32,000 nucleotides of DNA from Flavobacteriaceae bacterium. Lineage in GTDB: Bacteria > Bacteroidota > Bacteroidia > Flavobacteriales > Flavobacteriaceae. The DNA lies in contig OZ245049.1 of assembly GCA_965224465.1 (NCBI GenBank), positions 1,200,001-1,232,000 on the forward strand, read 5' to 3'. Below, in pieces: positions 8,720 to 16,529 of this stretch. Both the position numbers and the translations under genes were made by a program. The notes under the pieces were generated by a model. That model worked only from the letters and a program-made list of their open reading frames with translations. It was not told the origin of the DNA and ran no database searches. Numbering within the stretch: position 1 is the stretch's first letter; each line of letters starts with the position of its first letter.

Positions 8720-9673
8720 TTATTTGTTAATATGTTGTTGAATTAGTTCAAGTAACATATCAGATGCTGAAATATTTGTGTCTTTTAAATATTTAGTAAA
8801 CATAGTGCCTGCACTACCGTGATTACAATCACACTCATCGTTTATTTGCATACCTGTTTTAGGTTTCCATTGCCCTCCATAGTCTGCAACAAAATCATCA
8901 ACTTGATAATTTTCAGGAGAAGTACATATATTAATCCAATAATTGGCTTTTGGTTTGGGTGTAGACCAATATATATCTGAAAATAATTTTGCGTCAGCAC
9001 CTGTACCAACAGGATCTAACGTTATTAATAAATCAACATTATATCCTTTATCTGTTAAAATTTGTGATAAATGTGCTCCATTCCAACCACCAAGACTATG
9101 TCCAATGATATATACAGCCATTTTATCTTTATCTGTAATCGCTGAGATAACTTTGTCTTTAATATCTTCTTCTCCACGTACTTCATTATAACCTAAATAT
9201 ACATTTTCACAAAAAGTAGTTAAATTTTCATTATCGATAGTTTTTTCAAAATCATTTTTTACACCTTCCATAATTTTTGAAGCAGGCATTCCATAGAAAC
9301 CTTCTTTGTCTGAAGCTCCACCAATAAAAAATGTAATAATTTTTTTTGAGAATACTTTACTTTCAATACTCACCTTTTTGATAGGCTTAGACATATAAGC
9401 GTAAATTCTAACTTTTTCACATTTTTTTGCTTCATACTTGAAACAAACTGTCCCATTTTCTTCGTATAAATTTTCTTTTGTTAATTCTAAATCTACAATT
9501 TTACCATTATCGTCAATTTCTTCTGCCCACCAAATATTTTTTATTGGAGTTAATGTTGATTGTTGGAATTTTGTTGCTTTAAAAACATAGGTTTTACCGA
9601 CTTCCATTTCTTCTACTAATTCATCTTTTTCATTAAAAGGTCCTTCGACCTTTTCAACCAAAGGTTTAGACAT
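8720..9673 (-). CDS. Lipase-like alpha/beta hydrolase with GHSLGG motif, candidate antibacterial phospholipase effector
   Basis: A 317-aa ORF with no signal peptide. It has an N-terminal non-catalytic domain of about 100 aa and the class-3 lipase/PGAP1-type nucleophile elbow VYIIGHSLGGWNG. A periplasm-directed lipoprotein gene follows, the arrangement expected of an effector-immunity pair. Confidence 0.65.
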   Translation of the reverse strand: MSKPLVEKVEGPFNEKDELVEEMEVGKTYVFKATKFQQSTLTPIKNIWWAEEIDDNGKIVDLELTKENLYEENGTVCFKYEAKKCEKVRIYAYMSKPIKKVSIESKVFSKKIITFFIGGASDKEGFYGMPASKIMEGVKNDFEKTIDNENLTTFCENVYLGYNEVRGEEDIKDKVISAITDKDKMAVYIIGHSLGGWNGAHLSQILTDKGYNVDLLITLDPVGTGADAKLFSDIYWSTPKPKANYWINICTSPENYQVDDFVADYGGQWKPKTGMQINDECDCNHGSAGTMFTKYLKDTNISASDMLLELIQQHINK

Positions 9674-9688
9674 TTTTAGGCTCGCTGT

Positions 9689-9799
9689 TTATGCAGTTTC
9701 AGGTTTTCCAGAAATATACACTCTTGTAACTAATTCGTGATATTCTTTTTTATCTTTTGGATAACTGTCTTTTTCCCGCATATAAATTGTATCTGACAT
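9689..9799 (-). CDS. Possible 36-aa hydrophilic sORF ahead of the lipase gene
   Basis: Encodes MSDTIYMREKDSYPKDKKEYHELVTRVYISGKPETA. It starts 25 nt after the end of R copy B and stops 15 nt before the lipase ATG. No homolog was recognised. Confidence 0.2.
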   Translation of the reverse strand: MSDTIYMREKDSYPKDKKEYHELVTRVYISGKPETA

Positions 9800-9823
9800 A
9801 GTAATTTGGTTTTTATGGTTTGT

Positions 9824-10500
9824 AACACCTCTATATCAACAATAGCAACCCTAAAGTTGACGTTATTTCCGTAATACCTACAAGCACAATTTATAGTTTA
9901 AAGGTAGTTAATAATTTAAATTACCAGTATATAACTGGCGTATTTATTAACAAAAATTTACTGTAAAGTGTTACATGCATACTTTGTAGTATTTGCAGTA
10001 CTTGTAGGGGGTTTAATTGGTGCTAATTCCTTAGGGAGCGGTGTGTTTTTTAGCTGTATAATTTATTTTAACAGTAGTATTACTTCTAAAAAGAGGAATA
10101 CTGGGTGTTTTTTACGCTTAAAAAGTCTTCGTATTCAAACAATCGTTTTAACCGTTTAAAACGATTGTTTTAAGGACAAAAATAAAAATTAAGTCTTCTT
10201 TTAAAAAAAATATTGCCGTCAGGTACTAATAACAGAATAAAAAAACAAACGTAGCCACGTAATGGGAAACGCATGCCAAAATACTGCTGACCAACACTTA
10301 TCCGTATCTAAAAACAGTAAAAACATATTCCACAAAAGAGCGTGAGAGAAAATGACCTAAAAATAGGTGGTACCTATTAAGGTCTTTGTCGATAACCTCT
10401 TAATTAAATCACGCAATCCCCATAGTATCATCTTTTGAACCGGCATAGTCAATAGGATGTTCATGCTGGGCGCTACGCACCGCACGAACACTTAGTTATT
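9824..10500. repeat. R module copy B (full length, about 677 bp)
   Basis: Runs from aacacctctatatcaacaatagcaaccctaaagttgacg to gcaccgcacgaacacttagttatt. It is collinear with copies C and D, with scattered substitutions and indels that are not multiples of 3, including a 15-nt gap relative to C and D after caagcac. Confidence 0.9.
10357..10464 (-). CDS. Conserved 35-codon sORF inside the R module (copy B)
   Basis: Encodes MNILLTMPVQKMILWGLRDLIKRLSTKTLIGTTYF. The ATG sits in the 3' arm of the conserved hairpin. Confidence 0.3.
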   Translation of the reverse strand: MNILLTMPVQKMILWGLRDLIKRLSTKTLIGTTYF

Positions 10501-10512
10501 GGGCGTAGTATT

Positions 10513-10614
10513 TTATTGGCTTTCTGCTGTGTAAATCATAACACATTTGACAAATGTATCTTTAATATTTTTATTTAATTCTCTCATATTTTCAAATTGT
10601 TCCACTTTAATTTC
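10513..10614 (-). pseudogene. Orphan 3' gene end (33 codons plus stop) abutting the IS30 left end; possibly the displaced C-terminus of the AAA+ ATPase gene
   Basis: The frame is open right up to the IS boundary and reads EIKVEQFENMRELNKNIKDTFVKCVMIYTAESQ*. The stop lies 13 nt before R copy B. Confidence 0.3.
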
Positions 10615-10617
10615 TTA

Positions 10618-11734
10618 AATTCAACTAATAAACGCAACTTTTCGATTTGATTCTATGATGGTTATATTTTCAAAACAGAAAAGTAGGAAAACCTACCTTT
10701 CTTGTCTTGATGGATATGTATCTTACGGTCTCAAATCTCGAAAAAAGAAGTTGTATGAAACACATCACCCAAGCGCAAAGATACACAATTTGTTGCATGT
10801 TAAAACAAGGTTATAAACAGGTTGAGATAGCAGCTGCTATAGGAAAAGACAAGTCTGTTATTAGCAAAGAGATTAAGCGTAATTCAGACAAAAGAAATGG
10901 AGTTTACAAGCATGAATTAGCCCAAAAAAAGTATGCTAAACGTCATAAAGAAAAGCCTAAAAGAAAACGCTTTACAGAAGATATTCAACAAGCAATAGAG
11001 TTGTTATTGCGAGACGATTATAGTCCTGAGCAAGTAGTTGGTGTCCTAAAAAAACAAGGTAAAGAAACGGTGTCTATTGAGCGTATATATCAGCATATTA
11101 GGGAAGACAAGAGGAATGATGGTGATTTACATACACACCTTCGCAGACAGGGAAGGAGATATAGAAAACGTGGCTCATCAAAGGATTCTAGAGGGGTTAT
11201 AAAGAATCGTATTAGTATAGAACAACGCCCTGAAGTTGTTGAACAAAGAAATCGATTTGGAGATTTAGAGGTCGATTTAATCATAGGTAAAAACCATAAT
11301 CAAGCCATACTTACCGTAAATGATAGAGCTTCTGGAATGCTTAAAATGAAAAAAGTAAGCTCTAAAGAAGCAGTTGTTGTCACTAAAGCTATCAATGAAA
11401 TATTAGAAGACTGGAAGCCTTATCTACATACTATAACAGCTGATAATGGAAAAGAATTTGCAGGCCATGAGCAGGTTGCAGAAAATTTATGTATTGATTA
11501 CTTTTTTGCGCATCCATATCACTCTTGGGAAAGAGGATCTAACGAAAATTTAAATGGTTTGATTAGACAATATTTTGCCAAAGGAAGTGACTTTACAAAC
11601 CTAACAGATCAAAGAATCAAAGAGGTAGAAACAAAATTAAATAACAGACCTAGGAAGAGACATAAATATCAAAACCCTATATTTGTAATGGAACAATTAT
11701 TATTTAACTAAAAGTTGCGTTTGTGACTTGAATT
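10618..11734 (+). mobile_element. IS30-family insertion sequence (complete)
   Basis: Imperfect terminal inverted repeats: left AATTCAACTAATAAACGCAACTTTT, and the reverse complement of the right end AATTCAAGTCACAAACGCAACTTTT. It carries a single transposase ORF. Boundaries are uncertain by a few nt, and no clear target duplication was seen. Confidence 0.75.
10755..11711 (+). CDS. IS30-family transposase
   Basis: Starts MKHITQAQRYTICCMLKQGYKQVEIAAAIGKDKSVISKEIKRN (HTH), followed by a DDE-type core (EVDLIIGK...ITADNGKEF...ERGSNENLNGLIRQY). I prefer the ATG at 10755 over the track start at 10707 because the second IS30 copy starts at the equivalent position (31523). Confidence 0.85.
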   Translation: MKHITQAQRYTICCMLKQGYKQVEIAAAIGKDKSVISKEIKRNSDKRNGVYKHELAQKKYAKRHKEKPKRKRFTEDIQQAIELLLRDDYSPEQVVGVLKKQGKETVSIERIYQHIREDKRNDGDLHTHLRRQGRRYRKRGSSKDSRGVIKNRISIEQRPEVVEQRNRFGDLEVDLIIGKNHNQAILTVNDRASGMLKMKKVSSKEAVVVTKAINEILEDWKPYLHTITADNGKEFAGHEQVAENLCIDYFFAHPYHSWERGSNENLNGLIRQYFAKGSDFTNLTDQRIKEVETKLNNRPRKRHKYQNPIFVMEQLLFN

Positions 11735-12819
11735 CAGCTTTGATTACAAATAGTTTCATTAATTTCTATTGGTAATTCTGTGGAATAACTTTTGTTGAAT
11801 TTTTTAATAATGTCTTTAACTCTAAAGTCTACAAACTTTTTTTTGTCTTTTACGCTCAATAAAGTAAAAAAACCTTTGTAATCAAACCTAGACCTAAGTT
11901 CTGGCGAAATTCTTTTTGGAAAATCTTCTTTACTAACGTTTGATGTGAAAACTATTATGAACCCATTTAAATCAATTTCTTCTGCTAGAGAGCTAACTAT
12001 TTTCCCATTTTCCAGTACATCTAGAAAATAATTGAATAATGTTGTATTTGACTTTTCAAACTCATCAATTAGGATTAATCCAGTATCTGAACCTTTAACT
12101 CGAATGAATATTTCACCTTCATCACTACCTATATAACCTCTAGGACTTCCGATTAAAGAGTTTAAAGAATTATCGCTACTATAATTTCCGAAATTAATTT
12201 TCGCTAATTTTTCTTTACCTTTTAGAGATTTATGTATGGCTCTTGCAACTTCTGTTTTTCCGACACCAGAATCTCCCATTAAAAAAATAGAAAGAATCTT
12301 ATGTTCCCCTAACTTATTAAATACACGAAAATTTCTAATTAGGTCTTCAAAATCTGTTTTGAATTTATCGTGTCCATATATTCTCTTAGCGAATGAAGAT
12401 GTAAAATCAGAAATTTCTTCATTACTTAAATCTATTATTTTTTTGTGTTTTAACTTTTTGCGTTTTCCCGTTACTTCCTCTTCATCTATTACTTCAAAGT
12501 TTTCAACTATATCAAGGTCTTGAAATTCTTCGAAACAAAACCTAAGTTCGTATTCAAATATTTTTTTGAAATTATTGTCTGCTATGAAAATAGTTTCTTG
12601 TGGGAATAGTGGAAATACAGATTCAGAATTATATTGAATATTATTAATTTGAGCTAAGGAACTTATGTCTACTATTTGAGTATATTCATTTGTTTCTGAA
12701 GCTTTTTCAAAATTACGTATGCTATCAGTAATTGAAACTATTTCAATTCCTTCTTCAGCTTTTAAGTCTTTATAAAATGCGAAGTAATTTTTATTGTAAA
12801 AAAATAGTTTATCAATCAT
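11734..12819 (-). CDS. ClpA/B D2-type AAA+ ATPase (Dodola DolB-like, tentative)
   Basis: A 361-aa ORF. Motifs: Walker A LMGDSGVGKTEVA, Walker B LILIDEFEKS, sensor-1 VFTSN, and SPELRSRFD resembling the ClpB RPEFLNRID motif. It starts 2 nt after the stop of the upstream gene. Its stop codon coincides with the IS30 right end. Confidence 0.7.
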   Translation of the reverse strand: MIDKLFFYNKNYFAFYKDLKAEEGIEIVSITDSIRNFEKASETNEYTQIVDISSLAQINNIQYNSESVFPLFPQETIFIADNNFKKIFEYELRFCFEEFQDLDIVENFEVIDEEEVTGKRKKLKHKKIIDLSNEEISDFTSSFAKRIYGHDKFKTDFEDLIRNFRVFNKLGEHKILSIFLMGDSGVGKTEVARAIHKSLKGKEKLAKINFGNYSSDNSLNSLIGSPRGYIGSDEGEIFIRVKGSDTGLILIDEFEKSNTTLFNYFLDVLENGKIVSSLAEEIDLNGFIIVFTSNVSKEDFPKRISPELRSRFDYKGFFTLLSVKDKKKFVDFRVKDIIKKFNKSYSTELPIEINETICNQS

Positions 12820-12820
12820 T

Positions 12821-13672
12821 TTAGCTCGGAAGTATTACGTTTTGAACTATTGCCAATAAATCTATGTAATGAAATTCTTTATTCTCTTGATTTGAACTGA
12901 CAAACAAATAATTAGAATTATCTGTTTTTGCTGTGTGTTGGCTATCTTGAATTTCTTGATTCTCGTTATTTTGAGAACTATTCGAATTTTGCATATTACC
13001 AAATTCTTGGAAAAATTCAAAAGAGTTCTTTAATGAATCAACTTTGATTTTTCCTTTATATAAACCGACTACTGAAACTTTGCCAATAAATAAATCGTCA
13101 ACACTATAAGAACTTTCAAATTCACTTTCAAATGTATGAGGAATTTTCACTAATAATTCTTCTTCTGAACCATTAATCGTTCCTCTTATTTTGTATGCGT
13201 AATCTTTAAACATTGAATTGAAAAGATTATTAATGTCAAAACCATCTGCTCCAGGAATGTTCATTCCTTTAAAAGAACCACTTGCAAATAATTTTACTGT
13301 TCTTAATTCTGCTTCATTTTCTAATGAAAGGTTAACATTGTCTATTTTAATCAGCTTACCTTCTTTTAACTGTGAAAAGTCATTAACTGTTTGACTTTTC
13401 TCTATTATTTCATTTAAAATAACGGATTTAGTCGTTTTTATTTCGAAAGTTTCTAGTACTTTTTGAGAGTCCGATTTAATGTTTTTCCTTCCTGCTTCTA
13501 ATTCAGCATTGAACATTGTTAAAAACTTAGCTCCTAATTTCCCACGATAATCAATGTCTTTACCTGTACTTTGGTCGGTTTGCTCTTCTCGACTTAATGC
13601 AATAACATTACTAAGCATCATTTTAATCTCATAAACTTTCGGGAAGTTGATATAATATATATTGAATATCAT
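12821..13672 (-). CDS. Unknown 283-aa protein, partner of the AAA+ ATPase (DolA/DUF6414-like, tentative)
   Basis: The ORF is tightly coupled to the ATPase gene. It has no TM segment or signal peptide, and has a low-complexity N/Q/S-rich C-terminal region. The family assignment rests only on gene-pair architecture and my recollection of the Dodola system. Confidence 0.55.
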   Translation of the reverse strand: MIFNIYYINFPKVYEIKMMLSNVIALSREEQTDQSTGKDIDYRGKLGAKFLTMFNAELEAGRKNIKSDSQKVLETFEIKTTKSVILNEIIEKSQTVNDFSQLKEGKLIKIDNVNLSLENEAELRTVKLFASGSFKGMNIPGADGFDINNLFNSMFKDYAYKIRGTINGSEEELLVKIPHTFESEFESSYSVDDLFIGKVSVVGLYKGKIKVDSLKNSFEFFQEFGNMQNSNSSQNNENQEIQDSQHTAKTDNSNYLFVSSNQENKEFHYIDLLAIVQNVILPS

Positions 13673-13700
13673 TTAATTGGTTTGTTTTTCTATTTTGAGT

Positions 13701-13860
13701 GGTTTTTCACATTACACACAACGTTTGGTATAAGGTTAGTAGCGGATTAATACACACGGATTTTAAGGTTAAATACGAACTTTTATAAAAGAGAAACAGC
13801 CATAAGTTAAGCACAAAACCGCTATTAATTTTATACGGTGTTCTACACAGTTTACCTATA
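13701..13860. repeat. S element copy 1 (about 160 nt conserved spacer after the immunity gene)
   Basis: Aligns with 22813..22975. On the minus strand, TGTGTAGAACACC comes right after the stop, followed by the small hairpin CCGTAT-AAAATTA-ATAGCGG and a T-run (terminator-like), and later CCGCTACTAACCTTATACCAAACGTTGTG. Confidence 0.7.
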
Positions 13861-14764
13861 TTTTTATTCGCTCTTCCTTAAAATTATCTAACAACCATTC
13901 ATTCTCATAATTATTATAACGGACTATTTTAACACCTTCAATAGACGATTTTATTTGATATAAAAAATAAATAACACCTTTATTAGTCCTATTTCCAGTA
14001 TATTTATAATGGCTTCTATCCAAATTACCTAAATACTCAAAACTATCTTCTTCTTTTATAACTTTGTTTTTTATCAAAACGCTCTTAATTTCAGTACTAA
14101 CCTTTTCTTTGTTTTGTGTTAAGTTTAATGTCTCAAAAAGTTTCTCATTATCTTTTATTTTTTTTACAGAAGTTTCATTAAAGACAACCCTTGTCAATTG
14201 ATTTTTTATAATATCAAATTTTAATATAGGAAGAAATCCACTAGATAGTTCTGTTCCACCACCACTTTCAATAAATATATCATCCTTTATAACTATTATT
14301 TCTGCTGAATATAGTGGATGCCCATAATTCATATACGAACCTGAATTAATAGAACCTCCAAAATATTCATTTTTTATAAACTTTTTATCTTCAAAAAAGG
14401 AATACGTGTTTAAATATGTTTTTCCGTGATTATAAAGCATTAAATAAATTATTTTATTCTCCAAAATAACATCACCAATAATTATTCTTTTTCTAATATC
14501 TCCGAAGTGTTCTTGTTCTTTTTCATATATGCTAGACCTTTCAAAATGGTCTATCAAAACACTATCTTTTTTACTATTATATACGTAAATATTCCACGAA
14601 GTTTTCTTTTCCTTTGTGTCGGTGTCAATAAACATTTTCACTTCTAAATTATTGAGTTTTTTAGTGTAGGCTTCCATTGTTTTTATAGTTTTATTTATTG
14701 TTTGTGCTTTACAACTCGTGAGATTGACTAGCAATGCGATTAAAAATACTATTTTTTGTATCAT
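13856..14764 (-). CDS. Lipoprotein, candidate immunity protein (module 1)
   Basis: A 302-aa ORF with signal MIQKIVFLIALLVNLTSCKAQ. It overlaps the toxin gene by 4 nt (ATGA). It is a paralog of 22970..23887. Confidence 0.7.
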   Translation of the reverse strand: MIQKIVFLIALLVNLTSCKAQTINKTIKTMEAYTKKLNNLEVKMFIDTDTKEKKTSWNIYVYNSKKDSVLIDHFERSSIYEKEQEHFGDIRKRIIIGDVILENKIIYLMLYNHGKTYLNTYSFFEDKKFIKNEYFGGSINSGSYMNYGHPLYSAEIIVIKDDIFIESGGGTELSSGFLPILKFDIIKNQLTRVVFNETSVKKIKDNEKLFETLNLTQNKEKVSTEIKSVLIKNKVIKEEDSFEYLGNLDRSHYKYTGNRTNKGVIYFLYQIKSSIEGVKIVRYNNYENEWLLDNFKEERIKI

Positions 14765-15651
14765 AATTCTTTGGTTATAGCGTTGTCTTCATAGTGATGA
14801 GTATCACTTGTAGTTTTATATAATTTATAGGCTAAATATTTATTCATATCAACGGTTAGTGTTTTATATAAAAAAGGAACTCTACCACCAGAAGCAGTCT
14901 GTAAGTCGAGATGTGCACCAGAATGTCTTACATCTAAAAAAGGTTCACCTAAAGCATCTTTTTTACAGAAAAGAACACCTGTAAGAGCGTTAGATGCATA
15001 GGTATTAAGCAGTTCTTTCGATTTCGCAAAATAATTACTGCCTTTTACACCATAAGAAGGGTCGTAGTATTTTATTGTAGTTCCTTTATTAAATGTGGCA
15101 AAAACGTGATCCCAAAAAAAGTGCATTGGTTTGTCATTTCCTTGTGCTTTATTTCCTATTGGTGGATTTTCAACAGGTGCTTTTGGGTCGTTTATCGTCC
15201 ACGTTTTTACTAAAAAAATGGAATTTGTAAATTTAGAAATACTTGGGCTTGGAACAAGATTAGCACCAACAGCGGAAGTAAAAGCAAATTGATTAACTTT
15301 TATACCTTGAGAAAGGGCAATATGTATGAAAAAAAATGTGAACTCACCACATCGAGCCTCACCATCTCGCAATAGCGTACGTAATCCTCTTGAAAAACTT
15401 CCTGTCAGAGAACTGGTATTTCTCCAATACCCCAAACCTTGACTACTCAAATCTTTGTCTAAATAAACAGTACCTTCCCTTGCCCTAGTAATTTTCAAAG
15501 GCTGAAATTCTTTAAAAAATGCATCTAATATTTGCTCTTCGTTATCTTCTGTTTTTTTAGTAGAATTACCCAGTCCTTTCGCTTGCTTACAACCTATCCA
15601 TAGCAAAGTTTCTGAAATATTATTTTTAGAGCCATTAAATGTGGCTTTCAT
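14761..15651 (-). CDS. C-terminal fragment of the toxin gene: transglutaminase/papain-like Cys-His-Asp domain (module 1, split)
   Basis: A 296-aa ORF containing GEARCGEFTFFFIHIALSQGI (Cys), HFFWDHVFATF (His) and KYYDPSYG (Asp). It is collinear with residues of about 295-586 of the intact 586-aa paralog. Confidence 0.7.
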   Translation of the reverse strand: MKATFNGSKNNISETLLWIGCKQAKGLGNSTKKTEDNEEQILDAFFKEFQPLKITRAREGTVYLDKDLSSQGLGYWRNTSSLTGSFSRGLRTLLRDGEARCGEFTFFFIHIALSQGIKVNQFAFTSAVGANLVPSPSISKFTNSIFLVKTWTINDPKAPVENPPIGNKAQGNDKPMHFFWDHVFATFNKGTTIKYYDPSYGVKGSNYFAKSKELLNTYASNALTGVLFCKKDALGEPFLDVRHSGAHLDLQTASGGRVPFLYKTLTVDMNKYLAYKLYKTTSDTHHYEDNAITKEL

Positions 15652-16529
15652 TTCATATCAACAAGTTGACTAGGTAAACGAGGGGTTTTAAATTCACTAT
15701 ACTTAGGTTCTTTCCAAGTAACATAGAGCGTATTTTTAGAAGAACCTGCTCTTGTCCAAGTTTTACCATCTTCTGAATATTCAAAAATCAGTTCAAAGTT
15801 CGTTATATGCTGTACGGTATCTTCAAACGGTTTATTATTGCTTTTAAAGGTTACTTCAAATTCTCCGCTTGTTTTTCCTTTTTCAATGTCAAAAGTATAT
15901 TTTTCATCCTTGTCCGTTATTCTTATTTTTGGTGTTTTGGTAAATGGGTTTTTAGAGGTTACTTTTAAGGTTGCCGTTAATTCTATTTTATCTGTGCTTG
16001 AAAATGTTATGGGTATGAGGTCTGGTTTTATTGTACTGTAATCATCAAGGTTTGTTCTTTTATACAACCAATGATAGTGCTTACCGCCATCTTCGAGTAT
16101 ATAGAATTTTTTGTAATCGCTAAAATCTTTTACGTCATCGCTACATATATCATATTTTGTATTAAAAACTACTTTTGTCAGTACTAAAGTGGCTTTTGGT
16201 GCTGCGGCTTCTCCGTAGGTTTTTATTCCTGTAATGATTTTAGAGGTCTTTTTCCCTTGTTGTTTTTTAGATGCTTCAAGTTCAATAGTATTGTCAGTTA
16301 TTTTTTTGTGTCTAACAAGTTTTTTGCTCATCTTTTCTGTGATGGCATTATCTCTAATATTATTTTCTTCTTCCCAAAGTGTTTTAAGTTTATCTTTTAG
16401 GTCAGTTATATAGTTTTCTAAATCTAGACCAAAAAGTTTTTTTCTGTTTACAGATGGTTTGGTATTTTCGTCCATTTTGTCCGAACTTCCAAATAGGCTC
16501 GTCCAAAAGTTTGATTTTTCTTTGCTCAT
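15648..16529 (-). CDS. N-terminal fragment of the toxin gene (module 1, split)
   Basis: A 293-aa ORF about 90 percent identical to the N-terminal half of the 586-aa paralog. It ends in the duplicated TTCAT TTCAT (15647..15656), which creates the stop and the overlapping ATG of the next ORF. Confidence 0.7.
   Translation of the reverse strand: MSKEKSNFWTSLFGSSDKMDENTKPSVNRKKLFGLDLENYITDLKDKLKTLWEEENNIRDNAITEKMSKKLVRHKKITDNTIELEASKKQQGKKTSKIITGIKTYGEAAAPKATLVLTKVVFNTKYDICSDDVKDFSDYKKFYILEDGGKHYHWLYKRTNLDDYSTIKPDLIPITFSSTDKIELTATLKVTSKNPFTKTPKIRITDKDEKYTFDIEKGKTSGEFEVTFKSNNKPFEDTVQHITNFELIFEYSEDGKTWTRAGSSKNTLYVTWKEPKYSEFKTPRLPSQLVDMK

Noticed and set aside
9968-10159. A 63-aa plus-strand ORF inside R copy B.
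   Set aside because: The corresponding regions of copies C and D carry indels and substitutions that break the frame, so it is not a conserved coding sequence.
13701-13745. The recurrent ACCAAACGTTGTG-like word upstream of several minus-strand starts (about 3610, 4545, 7435, 13720, 21750, 22840; plus-strand versions near 205 and 4040) as a defined regulatory motif.
   Set aside because: The matches are short and degenerate, and their orientation and distance to the start codons are inconsistent. I cannot separate this from compositional bias without a statistical motif search.
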